Below, one piece after another: positions 13,476 to 26,517 of a stretch of DNA of 64,000 nucleotides. The DNA comes from Podarcis bocagei (lineage: Eukaryota), in the NCBI GenBank assembly GCA_964188305.1, contig OZ076886.1. One strand, 5' to 3'. A program made the translations under genes and the position numbers. Each line of letters begins with the position of its first letter. Positions within the stretch are counted from its first letter, which is position 1. Below the pieces are notes generated by a model. That model had not been told where the DNA came from. It saw only the letters and a program-made list of their open reading frames with translations, and did not search any database.

Positions 13476-15066
13476 CTGCCAGGATCATCCAAGATTGAAT
13501 GAACAGTAGAAAAACAGGGAGGAAATTTAAATATGCAATCAGGCATTAGTTGGGACTCGTGGATTGCTGTGCACTAGAAATAAATTAATTTTACTCTGCT
13601 TTTATTAGACATCTGATTTATGGTTGTTGTTTTTTTTAATGGCGAAATTATTTATGTTAAAATGTATTTAATACAATATAGAAACGTCAATGAAAAGGAA
13701 AGGAGAAAATAGGGAATTAACGCTGCAGTGTTAAAATTTATAAACAAAGGATAGTTTTATCTTAATTTTAAGAGGATCATTTATATAAAAAAAAGGTTAT
13801 CACAGATCACTACATTTTTCAAAGAACATTGGATATGAGTTTACATGCAAATTTAACTTCATATATGCACCTGTATATGGGGGGATGAAATCCTGGCAAC
13901 ACATGAAGGCAAATGCACACTGACTACTTCGGAGTCAGAATTTCATTTTTTGGATTAATAAATGTGTGCTTTAAAATCCTAACAGGATTCTAAGCTGCTT
14001 TAAGAGTGGCAACTAAACCAGCTCTCCCTTTGCTGGAGAACTTACTCACTGAAAGGCACAAGTTGTGCCAAGACTTCTGGCAACATGAATAGTAACTGAA
14101 GCTGTATTCTTGGGCCCTGTTATGCATGCTTTAGTTCCTTGCATATTAAAGCATATGAACAACTGAACATCTATAGAGTCCTGACCTAGTCTGGGCAGTT
14201 GTCAATTCATTGGTTAATTTCTATTATTGGCTGTTTGGTACATATAATATGGCTTTTGCACAACAAGAAAACTCAAACTTCAACTCATCTTAGCCCACCT
14301 CTTAAATTAGAAACCTTTTATGTTGTAGTTATTCAGCAGGTAAAGAAAACTGGCCAAATTTTGGTGCATCCCACAATGATTTAATAAATCAACATAAAAT
14401 TATTAGTGGCAAACTGACTTCAAAGCTGAGGCATACCAGGTGGAGTAACCCAGACAAAAACACATTATATTGGAATGCAAAGTATATCTGCTTGGGGTTC
14501 TGTTCTTCTTCTTTTATTTTTGCAAGGAACAGAAGTAATCAAATTCTCTTATTGCAGATCTCTCCTGCAAAATCCATGTAGTTTTTACATTCTGACATAA
14601 TGTTTTTTCCATGGATTTCTCCACAGGTAATCTCCGAAACGTTACATTGGAACAGAACCAGAGAATATAATCTGACCACTGGTGGATACGATCCATAACT
14701 GAACTGCCTCTTTAAACCCCAGCCCAACTGAACCAGCATGTAAAGTGATGGTTAAGCAATTATGCCCATAGTTGTTTCATCAATCTTATACAGTTGAGCC
14801 CTATATGCATCTACTCAAAAGCATGTCTCATGAGGTCAACAGGATTTTACTCCCAGGTACGTGCGTAGGGGACTGTAGCCTTAAAGGTCTTTCCCTGTAA
14901 AATTATTTTTCTTTTTAGTGATATTTAGTTTTATTTTTGGGGGGTAGACAGTGGATTTGCCTTGCTCACACCCTATGGCATAAAGAACTAGAGGTGCAAA
15001 ACGCAGAGGGATGACACTTGGTCCAATAGGTCCCTGCTCAGAAATGTTTAGGCCACAGCTGCTCAC

Positions 15067-15173
15067 CTCTGCATGGTGCTCTTCGTTCTGCTGTAGGACT
15101 TCAATTACCAATTCCGCCAAGCGAATTGTATCTTCTAGCTTTTTGGCAGGTGTGACTAACCGACCTACATTTT
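15067..15173 (-). CDS. CADPS: CADPS exon (E)[35 protein letters not shown], 107 nt
   Basis: CAPS1 peptide; ctacag| and GAG|gtgagc. Confidence 0.97.
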
Positions 15174-15808
15174 CTGTAGTACAAGAACTTGAATTAAAAT
15201 GGAGTGAGACAGGATAGGCTCAATGTAAGGCCAACAGATTGGTTGCTTTTTTTTTTTTTTAAAGAAAGAACAGAAAAGAAAAATCCCAGGGTAATTAATA
15301 ATAGTAATTAAAAAGAAAAGAAAAGAGGAACCTCTACTTCATGCAAGGGTTAAAATGCTATGTAGTTAGTACTGAGCAAACCATAAAGCCACGTTTGTTG
15401 TTATACCATGAAAACAGTGCTCCAGCTTTGGATTTAAATATGCGGTACAAATTGTTTTACTTTGCAGTTGAGACGGTATCAAGTAACTACTTGAAAATAC
15501 ATTTCCTAGAGACAGCATCTTGGTCTTATCTGCATAGGGAACATCTGATTTCACAGTTTATGCATACATATGGTTGTGCTGCGCATCTCAAACACTGTTT
15601 GTGATTTTGAGTATTATCTAAACTGATCCAGAAATTAGGAATGTTAGAATAAAGGATTTAAGCTAATTCATCCCAGTTGACACCAGTGGTGTTACACCAG
15701 CTTACATCTACATTTGCATGTCACTACGGTGCTCACTGTGGCCACTTCAACAGGGGCTGATGGGAGCTGCATTCCAAACCACCTGGAAGGCATCAGGTTG
15801 GGGTAGAC

Positions 15809-16011
15809 CAGGGCTATTTTCAGCCGGAACTTGCCAGAACTCAGTTCTGGCACCACTCAGGTGGGCACCCTGAGCCCGGCTTTGGCTGGGGAGGGCGGGA
15901 TATAAATAAAATTTATTATTATTATTATTATTATTATTCTATGAGAACGAGGGAGGCAGTTATTGTCACATGGTGAGTTCTGGCACCTCTTTTTCTAGGA
16001 AAATAGCACTG
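15809..16011. mobile_element. hAT MITE carrying an inserted L2-type 3' tail (TTA)n
   Basis: TIRs cagggctatttt/aaaatagcactg; degenerate 8-bp TSD gggtagac/gggaaggc. Confidence 0.55.
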
Positions 16012-16272
16012 GGGAAGGCTGCATTAGCAAACTCTAACTATACCCACACCAACACCAACAGATCTCTCACTGAGCCTCAAGATAGTGACAAAACACAAGG
16101 ACTGCCAAAATGTGCAGTGCCCAGTGCTCCTAGTAGTTAGGTAGAAGAACGCCATATTTAGGGCACACTATATTACTGAGTTTGGGAGCTTACCCCTCTC
16201 CCCCCCCCCCCGTATGTATGAGGGTTATAATAAAAGAGGTTATCAATAACATTATGGTTATCCAGATAAACC

Positions 16273-17020
16273 TGGCAGAGGGCCTTTTCGGTAGAGGCCT
16301 CTGCCCTGGGGAACGCCCTCCTATCAGATGTCAAGGAAACTAACAACTATCTGACTTTTAGAAGACATCTGAAGGCAGCCCTGTTTAGGGAAGTTTTTAA
16401 TGTTTGAAGTTTTTAATGTTTGAAGGAAACCCATCCAGATGGGCAGGGTATAAATTAAATTATTAAATATCCAATTATGTTAAGTGATTATTATTTTTTT
16501 GCCTTTTAAACTGCAATTAATCCAGAATGCAGCAGCTAGACTGGTGACTGGGAGTGGCCGCCGAGACCATATAATCACCAGTCCTGAAAGATCTTCATTG
16601 GCTCCCAGTACGTTTCCGAGCACAATTCAAAGTGTTGGTGCTGACCTTTAAAGCCCTAAACGGCCTCAGTCCTGTATACCTGAAGGAGTGTCTCCATCCC
16701 ATCGTTCAGCCCGGATACTGAGGTCCAGCACTGAGGGCCTTCAGGTGGTTCCCTCACTGCGAGAAACCAAGTTGCAGGGAACCAGGCAGAGGGCCTTCTT
16801 GGTAGTGGCGCCTGCCCTGTGGAACATGCTCCCAGCAGATGTCAGGGCAATAAACAACTATCTGACTTTTAAAAGACAACTGAAGACGGCCCTGTTTAGG
16901 GAAGTTTTTAATGTCTGATGCTCTATTGTTTTTAAAATTCGGCGGAAGTCACCCTGAGTGGCTGGGAAAACCCAGCCAGATGGGTGGGGTATAAATAATA
17001 AATTATTATAAATTATTATT
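16273..17020 (+). mobile_element. L2-clade LINE 3' ends: two tandem 5'-truncated copies with TTA-rich tails
   Basis: QNAAARLVTG...LHWLPVRFRAQFKVLVLTFKAL-type ORF2 end; a related copy at 58286-58525 (-) and a tail at 52975-53058. Confidence 0.8.
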
Positions 17021-17565
17021 ATACAATGCCTTGGCTACTGCATCCCTTTGGGGCTGTACCTTCCACTCACACATCTGAACCAGCAGATATAACCACAAGC
17101 TTACCTGCAAGAATTTGTCTCTAGATGAAATGTAGATTCATCCCAAGCTTAATTTTCTTTTCAACAGCATTTTTTTTAAAATTATAACCTCCTCCATTTT
17201 AGAGAACCATATTGTGGACAACTGGAGCACTGCTCAATGAAACGGCATACTTCTCAATCATTTCATACTTAATTTAATTCATACAGATTCACATATCTCA
17301 TGCAAAATGTTATGCAACAACAATGTTATTTTGTGCTGACGTTGATATTTGAAAATGTTGCATATGTCAGACATTGCTAGACAAAAAAGGTGGACATTTT
17401 GAAACCAATGCTATTTACTAGAAGCGCTGCGCTAGGAAATTTCTCTTTTTCAAAGCCTACGGTCGAGACTACTTTCCTATGATCTAAACTAAGAGCAAAT
17501 TAAGGAGAAAAAGGCTAAACTAGAAAGATATATTTAATAAAAGAAAGGAAAACCATTACGGTTAC

Positions 17566-17670
17566 TTGGTGCTTGCTTAGGTATGCCTTTCAGCATCTGA
17601 TTTATCATGTTAGTCTGCGTTTGAGTGGATGGAGTGGGCCCAGCTGGGGGCTTGGGCACTGACGACCGAG
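17566..17670 (-). CDS. CADPS: Candidate CADPS cassette exon (A)RSSVPKPPAGPTPSTQTQTNMINQMLKGIPKQAP, 105 nt, phase 1-1
   Basis: Pyrimidine tract plus aacag acceptor, CAA|gtaacc donor; a GC-rich open frame inside AT-rich intron. Confidence 0.62.
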
Positions 17671-18473
17671 CTGTTCGTGAATGATGTAAAGAGACAGCAA
17701 AAGTAAAGACACATGTGACTTCATAAACAGTGACAAAAAAAGATGAAAACTTTTGAACGAAAAGTAAGCAGAAATGATAAAAGTACAAATGGAATAGCTG
17801 CTGTTTTGCTTATCGTCAACTCAAGTACTACACAATTATGACAACAAACATTTTTTTCTGAAGTCGACAGATTCCACTATGCTACAAGAATTCACAATCT
17901 AGGATGCTTAAAATTCAGTGCGAATGCTAATTGTTATTTCATGTAGCCAAGTGCAAAAAGCAGGATTTTAGTACAGTCAATTAGTTGTGTATGGTTTTTT
18001 TTTTAAAAAAACTTTATCTGCATGTGTCAAATGTGAAATAGCATTGCATGCCTTTTATACCCATATCGTGGCAAGAATTATTGCCTACTATGGATTTCTT
18101 CTAGATATTGTGAGACTTATTAACTGAAGAAAAGCAGAAAGTACAGAAACAAATTGTTTTGCAATGACTGCATTTTGAAAAAAGTAAATAACACCATTCT
18201 GGGCTAAAAGGATTGCTATACAGCATTCTTTGTGCAATTTAAATATGTACTCAAATCTCTCGCTTTCTTAAAAAAAAAATGTGTGGCTTCTGATTGTTTC
18301 CAGCTCATTATTTTCCACTTGGAATTGTAGTGGCTTTTATATTCTGGGTTGAATCATATATAAAAACTTGCCAGCTCTATCAAATATGTTACTTTGCTAT
18401 TCCAAATGTTAGAATACTGCAAATCAGGACTTGACCCATCTGTCATATAGTTTGTGATATCAGCCTAGGGGGA

Positions 18474-18476
<3 letters not shown>

Positions 18477-18540
<64 letters not shown>
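18477..18540. repeat. (TA)n microsatellite
   Basis: Direct. Confidence 0.98.
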
Positions 18541-18545
<5 letters not shown>

Positions 18546-18745
18546 TCTGTATGCACACAACAAATTCTATATGATGAATGTACCTCTCCTATAGTTTCTG
18601 TTATGTTCAAGATCAACATTATAATAGCCAAAGCACTTCTCTAAACAATTCTGTCTGCAAGGAGTCTGGCATATTTATCTACATGGTTTGTTGCCAGAAG
18701 CCCTTTTCTTTTTGCTTGCATTTTCCAGAGATGGAAAAGAATGAG

Positions 18746-18747
18746 GA

Positions 18748-18795
<48 letters not shown>

Positions 18796-18805
18796 AGAAA
18801 GAAAG
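18746..18805. repeat. (GAAA)n microsatellite
   Basis: Direct. Confidence 0.95.
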
Positions 18806-19239
18806 AACCTAATTGTTTAGCTCTTTACAGGAAGATGATTTCTGGTAAATTGTAATTTTGAAAGTGTTCTAAATTTTTTATAAATGGCTGTATGTTCAGG
18901 GCAGTAGAAACACTTGCCTCTTTGAAGCACAACTGTAAGGGAGCAATCCTATATACATGAAGCTGGCATAAACTTACACCAGATCCAAACTCCGTTCAGT
19001 CATGGGGCTACTGTCTACTGAGCTGACCTAAGTCTGGCAGAGGGGAAGCAAGTCTTTAAAATACGGTTTGGGTTATACCACCCTTTATAGCTTAACTAAT
19101 GCTAGGTTGCCAGGTCACATGACCAAGCTGAATGGTCTTAGGATCTGGCCTAAGTCCTCCCCCCACTTTGGTCCCTCCCACATCACATCCCTGGAGCGCC
19201 CTTTCTTCAGGGCTTACAACAGCTTAAGGTCTGTCAAGC

Positions 19240-19604
19240 TCAGCTCAGCCAAGGATGAGGGAAGATACTCCAGCGTACCTCCAGCTGAGCTGAGGGTGAG
19301 GAAGTTAAGCTGTTGGATCACTGCCTTGTCATGGCAAAGGGACTTGAATAATTCAGAGAAGCTATGAGCTATGCCGTGCAGGGCCACCCAAGACAGACAG
19401 GTCATATTGGAGAGTTTTGACTAAATATGATCCACCTGGAGCAGGAACCAGCAAGCCACTCCAGTATCCTTGCCAAGAAAACTCCATGGACAAAGACAAC
19501 AGGTTTGCCCAAACTGCAGGAGGCAGTAGAAGACAGGAGTGCCTGGCATGCTCTGGTCCATGGGGTCATGAAGAGTTGGACACGACTAAACGACTAAACA
19601 ACAA
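19240..19604 (+). mobile_element. RTE-BovB internally deleted derivative (5' region joined to 3' end)
   Basis: ggatcactgccttgtcatgg...ccactccagtatccttgcc 5' motif followed by ggtccatggggtc...gacacgactaaacgactaaacaacaa 3' end. Confidence 0.75.
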
Positions 19605-22600
19605 GAAGCCTGGCATCACCAGGAACCTCCTGGCTCAGCCAGAGATCTGCTGGATACTAGCCTGCTCATTCCAGTGGATATTGCTTTAGGATTGCTCCCT
19701 TAGGCAGCAATCCCACACAAACTTTGCCTGCTTGGATTCCACTGAAGCCAATGGGATTTGAGAAGCCTGTGTGAAGGATGGTATCCCAAATCTTAATGAA
19801 CCATCCATCCCATTCTAAGAGGTATACACTCTGTCACACAAACAAAAGCCAAATAATCGTACCCATAATGGTCAGCCATAACCATAATGGGTGACCTGAA
19901 GGTCTTAGTTTTCACGTTCCCTTTTGATATGGTGACTTTTCCCACATGGCAATCTAACAAGGCATGTTTGGGATGACAAATATGGGGAGGCCTGTCGGGC
20001 CAAGTTGCTGCTCTAAGCACATAGGCCCTCCCTTGTCAATGAGTGGATATCAGGGGCAAGAGCAGTAGCTGGATGGCTGTCAGGGTCAGGATGGAAAAGA
20101 AGGAGAAAGGATCTGGCTGCCACTTCACATATTGCATATATGCATAGAGGAATCTCTCCTGAAGTGCCCTACTGAGCCAGAACCTCAGTCCACATTCCTC
20201 ACAAATAATGTACAAAGAACTTGGAAAGCTTCACTGAGCTTTATGACATTTCTGAATGCTCTTTATAACATTTATGTTAGGAATACCTATACAACTTATG
20301 TGACTAAATTTCTTTCTCCCTTTTTCTGAAATGGTTCCCCTTTCCTTGAAATGAATCCATCAATTCATGTCCCAAAACATCTTAGTCTAATTTCTCATGG
20401 GCTAAGGAAGGGAAGGGATACTAGTAAAGTTTTTTGCCTTATGCTAAACACATTATTTCTGATTTTGTCTAGTATTTCCCTTTGTTGGGATATTTTCTCC
20501 CCATGATGCTATGGGTCAAGGGGGCAGAATTTCACAGAACCACTGTGAGTCAAGAAAAGATTGGAAATGGAAGCCTTTTTCCTGCTGTAGGCCTCTTAGG
20601 AAACAGCCATCCTATCTAGCATGCAATCTGGACAACTCATAATCTCTGATTTATAGGAAAAAATATCCCAGGCTAGTCTTGGTTAAAACCCTTTAAGGGC
20701 ATATTAAAGCTCACCTCAAAAGGAAGAGTGAGCTTTACTTGTCTTTCTGAGTTGGAGAAGACTTGCTGGCTTCCATGGCCTCCTGAATTTCTGTCCTTAT
20801 CTCTGTATTTTGCACCCATTCAGTCTAATGGAACAACATCACACCACTGTTTAATATGGAAATATTTAAGATGGCCACAGGTGGGTAATTTTTCTGGACA
20901 AGGTTAGCTTCCTTGGCTCCGCTGGTGTGTTTGCACTATGCTGACCTTCAGACCACTTCAAGCAACCCAGCTGCCAGGAAGCTAGTATAGCAACTTTGCC
21001 TCCCCTGGCAAGCCTCTTCTGCCTGTGTGTGCTTGTGTGTGTCTGCCCCCCAAAATTAAACTAAAACAACGAATGCTGATAACAAGAGCAATGTTTGGAA
21101 AAGGCTGTCGTTCCCTTACACCAAATATATGCATGGGTCAATTATGTCGCTGCAGACAATTTTCATCTGACCTGTTCCCATTGAGTTATGACGTGAATGG
21201 CATTTCCTCAAAGGAATACCAAAGCCAGAGGACAATTGCACCCACGAGACACGGCTTAGCTGTGCAGCAGGCCCTGCAGTAACTCAACTCTGCACCAGCC
21301 TTAAATATGTTCCAGCTACTGAACTTGCCAGCAGCTGCACATTTCTGCCAGTTGCTGCAGACCTAGACACCTACAGTGACCTAGATGAAAAATATATTTC
21401 AGAGCTGATTGGCATTTAAATCCCGCATCTGTCAAACACGCCTGGGTTGCGCAACTGCAGTTGGGGTGTGCTTGTTTGTGAGTGCCCGCGCACATGAGTG
21501 GGTGCCCAAAGCAGAAAAATATGGGGAAGAGAGTGAAGCAGAAAAAAGGGTGGGGAGAGCGAGAGCGAGAGGAATAAAGAAAGAAAACAGCGTAAAGCAA
21601 AGTGGCCATAGCAGCTGGCCTTATCAAGTATTTTTTTTAAAAAAACAAAACAGCTTAAAACACATGACCTATGGATTGGATTGTGCAGTTCTCAGCGCAT
21701 TGATCCACTACTCTGATTTTTCTTTTTTTGAAATGAAATTGTAAAAACAAAAGGAAATAGGAAGAAGTATTTTTGAAAGCAACAAGGGAGGGATCTGTGC
21801 ATATTTCCCTACAGCTCCGCAACATGCACCACAATAGTAATTAAAATACCCCTGCTGATTCCCTACTGATGCCAACAAGTGCATATAGATGGCTTCTGCC
21901 AAACTCTGGCATGAGATGTAATTGCTTCATGCTAGGTTATAAAGGCAGTGGGCGGAACCAGGAACACTGTCACACTACAAAAGTCCAAATTCCAGGACCA
22001 CCCTTTCAACTTTCAGGATTACATTAACAGCATTTTTTTTTAAAAAAAAGATTTCTTTTTTATTATTATTTATGCATGTGTGAGTACTAAAGAGACCTGA
22101 TTCGCTCTAGCTTGGGGACTTAGGGACAGAGCAGGGCTGGCTGGCATTTGGATGGGCAGTGTCCCTGCAGAGATCAGTTTGTAGGAATTAGCATCTCCAT
22201 ATTCTACATGTCTTTTGTAGCTGTTGTGATTTACCTGATTGTAACAGCTCAAAAGAGGGCCGTTATAATCTCAGAAACAATAGTGGCAGGGTAGACATTC
22301 CCATATGGAGGTATTGATTCACACAATGACTCTGAGCTGATTGCCCTGCTGAGATGCTCAACCTCTTCTCACATCCACTGCACAGAAGTGAAACTCTCAG
22401 GATGGTGTGAAAAGCAATATATTTGCTCAGTACAAGTACCGAAAAGCTGGTATCATACGGGATAAATCAATACCAACGGTGGGTATGAAAACACAGGAAA
22501 ACTTCAATACCATTTAGAAGCTATTCCACTATCTGAAAACTGCTCATTTTTGCCACCTTGTGGATATTTTTCTATGATGATTGGGTATAATCTACGGTGC

Positions 22601-25180
22601 TGCAGCACTTTCTGTCTTTACAGTCTAGGAATTACTTTATCTTCTTTGAAACAATAAATAGAATCAAGCACACATTCTGTCCACACCGTGCCACTAGTCT
22701 CATGCACAACTCCTGTCCTGCTTTCAGGAGATCCCTTCTAGCTGGACTCCTGGTTGGAATCACAAGCAAACACTCAGCTCTGGGGGAAAAGACCCCTGGG
22801 AAGAGAAGGCATCTTGTAAGTTTGCCTGTGACTTATAAGAGAGAACAAGCAGGGAAACATTAGCTCCCTTTAGGCTCTCAGTGCTTTCTGTTTCTGATGG
22901 CTTCCTGGAACCCAAGCCTTCAGGTTCCTTCAGCATATTAGAGATGCAACAGCTTCACTGTTAGGTGTATCATTGCAGCATAACCAGTTACTAGTGTAGA
23001 ACAATCCCAGATGCTTTCTGGAGAACTCTGTAGCTATACACTCCTTATATTCAACTTTAAAGTGTTTCACACCCTTACTTCCACTCTTTCATTGCTAGAG
23101 ATTCCTTGGATAGGCTGCTGAAACAGTTCTCCAGCTGCAACAACTGGCCACTGGTCCTCATACTCACCCTAAATGGAGACGGGATGATGGAGGAGGCTGA
23201 GGACACCTCTGTCTGCCCTGTGCAAATGTATATTTGTTGCCTGGTAACAGGCTCAGGCTTCCTTTCAGCTTAATTGCCATCCCGGGCTGGATGTGGACCC
23301 GCATATGCGTGTTGCTCTATGCTGCCGAGATTGACCGACAGCATGAAAGCAGCATCCATGTATGTCCCTCTTAAAATGGGATTTTTTTTTTAAATGGCAG
23401 GAGGGTTGAATGGAGATTGTCCTGGGGTTTCAAATCCTGCCACCTCCAGTGAAAAGGATCAGATAACAGGTGACTGGAAAGACCTCTGCCTAAAATCATG
23501 GAGAAGGGGCTAGAGAAAGAAATAGTCTTGTCCCAGGACAAGTCAGCCTCCTTTGCTCCTATGGGGAATTCCTCTGATATGAAAGAATCCACTCTTTCCC
23601 TCACGTGGGGCTTCAGTTGCATGTAGTCTGGCCACTACTCAACACTTTAACGATGTGGAAGTAGATTGTTTTTGTTTGCCTTCTAAAAGGTTTAAAGATA
23701 TTTCACAACGTTGTGTTAGAAGTGGCAATAACCATCTCTTTGTTTGCAAAATGCAAGGCGGTTATGGGTTGATTGCGCTTTACTAGTTACAGGTTCAAAT
23801 AACAACATTTTGGTTTCAATATCTGTTCCATTGTTCTTACTTTCATTGCCTACTCCATTTAACATGCAGGTTGTCTTTTGCAGCTAATCAACACCTTCTG
23901 ACTACTCCAAACAAAATATATTCTTTTACCAAATCACATTAGGACTATACATGTACAAGGAATGCTCTGTTTTATAAGCTGTAATATGGTATGAATTGCC
24001 TTAAGCCACTTACAGCAAATCAAGAACTATCACTAAGAACACTCTTAAAATCTACCTAACTTTGGCATGTCATATTATGCTTCTCTAGCAGAGTAAGATA
24101 ACTGCAGTGAAAATTAGTGAGAAGGACCCTTTAGTATTGAAGTTATTCAGATATCTGTGCAGAACTGTACCTATAGAAATGTACCTAAACAGACAATGTA
24201 TTTTAAAATTCCATGTGCAAATATAAATGAATCTTTTGCATTACGTTTTATGATATGCTAGAATTCACTGGAGCTTGAATTCTTCTACTGAGTGATGTTC
24301 TACATCACATGAGAATATTTCTGCTCACATGACTGTACTTCCCCCACTTCTCATTCTCTTTGCAGGTCCCCAAAATCTACTCTGGAGGGTTGGGGGATCT
24401 TCTGGAACAGATTACTAGGAGTACAAAGGAGGCACATTGGGGAGGAGAGGAAGGGAAAGTTCCATTGTGAAATAATAAATCTGTATTGCAGCTTGGTGGA
24501 CAACAATGGATGTCACCAATTGACTTTAGAGTGACTTTCATGTGGTTGTGGTTTTAATACCCACCATGTTCCTTTGGTGTCAATTTGAGGTGTACTGCAT
24601 CATGATACTTTCTGAACCAGAAAGCAAGCAAAACACAGTTTAATTTGAAACATGGACACAATGGATGCAATCCGGACCCATTTTTTAAAAAGTGGGAGGA
24701 AATATATAGAATGCCAGAAAAATGTAACTGCAAGGTTGTTAGTGTAGCTCAAAGACAGCTAATCCACAGATATAACTTGCACATAAGATACGCTGAATAA
24801 CCAAAATATGGAGACTATGTTACCTATCACAAGGGACTGTTGCCAGTGACAATCCCTTACATGTCTGGTGAATATTCAAAAATATAGAGATGTACCAGTG
24901 AACCATGTTCACTGGACATGTTCAGATCCACTCCATAATTCTGGACAGTCACAATATACATGTGGCATGGGTACTATTCCCTCGTGGTTGTCTCCTTATT
25001 TTGCTAATGTACATTGATGCATGATGCAGATGCAGCCTCAATTGTACTTTATGGATGCATCAAGTTGATGTATGTAAGGCTGCTTGTCCTTGTCAGAGCC
25101 ACCATTAGTCATAAATATCTGTTTAAATTCTGTATAAATCAAGAGCACTGGATGCCCTTGATATTGTGACAAAATGATTA

Positions 25181-25534
25181 CAGTGGTGCCTCGCAAGACG
25201 AAATTAATTCGTTCCGCGAGTTTTTTCGTCTAGCGAATTTTTCGTCTTGCGAAGCACGGTGTCGGGAAAGTTTTGGAAAAGCTTCAAAAATCACCAAAGT
25301 CTTCAAAAACCTCAAAAAAGGCTACCACACCGCGTTCTATGAGTTGCTCCTCGAAGTCAAGTCGCAACTGTATTAACGGTGTTAAGAAAAAGGAAACAAA
25401 CTTGCAAGACGTTTTCGTCTTGCGAAGCAAGCCCATAGGGAAATTCGTCTTGCGAAGCAGCTCAAAAAATGCAAAACCCTTTCGTCTAGCGAGTTTTTCG
25501 TCTTGCGAGGCATTCGTCTTGCGGGGCACCACTG
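25181..25534. mobile_element. Tigger/pogo-like MITE, copy 1
   Basis: TIRs cagtggtgcctcgcaagacgaa; TA on both sides. Confidence 0.88.
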
Positions 25535-26499
25535 TACCTAATAATATTGTTTATGCAAAGGGAAGGGTAGGCAGTTTTAGTTATTTGTTGTGTTAGGGGG
25601 CGACAAACTGTTCAATTAAAAGAATAGATTTCCTAGTATTTTAGTATAGTTCATTCTGGGGTGAGTGGAATTCTTGTATGAAAAAATGAGATGCTGAGCC
25701 ACTTTGTGGTAGCGTCTCTCAAAGATGACTCTGATGCAATCCAAGGCAGAATTTGCAACAAAATTATGCATTGCAGAAATATTTTCTCTCTCTAAAAACA
25801 CTTCAAAATCCAGACAATCTGCTTTCACAGAACATAAACGAAGGACTCAATAAAAATAAAAATAAATAAATTAAATTAACAGTTCAGATCTTATGAAATT
25901 TCAAATGAATTTTTTTTATACCCAGAAGTCATGAAAAAGGTGGCATGTCTGACAAATTTTTACTGAATTATTTTTCAAAGTTTTTTTTAATCTGAACTGT
26001 ATTCTTGTTTCATTACATCACCACATTACAAACAAAAAATAATAATACAAGAAACATGACTTCTCTCTGACTGTATTGTTAGTTACACATTAACAGGAAA
26101 ACAATTCAACCCGAATAGGGTATTAAACAGAATATATGAAAAACAAAAATGAGATTAAGTTTAGGTATCAAACAGTGGTTTGAACAGAATGCCAGATTGC
26201 TAATAGTACTGAGTTCTAAAATGTCCTCTTAGGGTTGTTTTTGTAAACCTTTTTCTTGATTAAACTGTGTCTCGTCTCCTAGTAAGATGGCACTGAATTT
26301 CTGTTCTACTAGATCTACTTAGGGGAGAAGGAGAACACTCATTACGGGAATTAAGACAGCACAAATTAACTCCTTAAGTATTACTGCAACTCCAACTTCT
26401 CTCTATAAAGGAGTACATATCTTAAGGAGCTACGGAAAGGAAAACAAAGATCAATAAAGACTCAACAATCCTAGCAATGTATAATATACAGTTGTTCAC

Positions 26500-26517
26500 C
26501 TGCATCCTTTTGATTCT
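26500..26517 (-). CDS. CADPS: CADPS 18-nt microexon (E)NQKDA
   Basis: Encodes the ENQKDA of CAPS1; long polypyrimidine tract plus tag|, CAG|gtgaac. Confidence 0.92.

Noticed and set aside
14050-14095. Donor TCA|gtgagt with a 46-nt exon
   Set aside because: Non-3n length and weak acceptor
17105-17120. Strong donor CAG|gtaagc with a 16-nt exon
   Set aside because: Weak acceptor and non-3n length; the phase-1-ending frame has an upstream TAG
23162-23200. Pyrimidine tract-TAG-G-GTGAGT (1-nt exon or strong donor)
   Set aside because: No phase-compatible open exon, and a 1-nt exon is implausible without data
25181-25534. CRISPR-like repeated ttcgtcttgcga motif and the ORFs 25273-25596 and 54057-54329
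   Set aside because: Eukaryotic MITE with TIRs and TA TSD; irregular spacing; the ORFs are incidental
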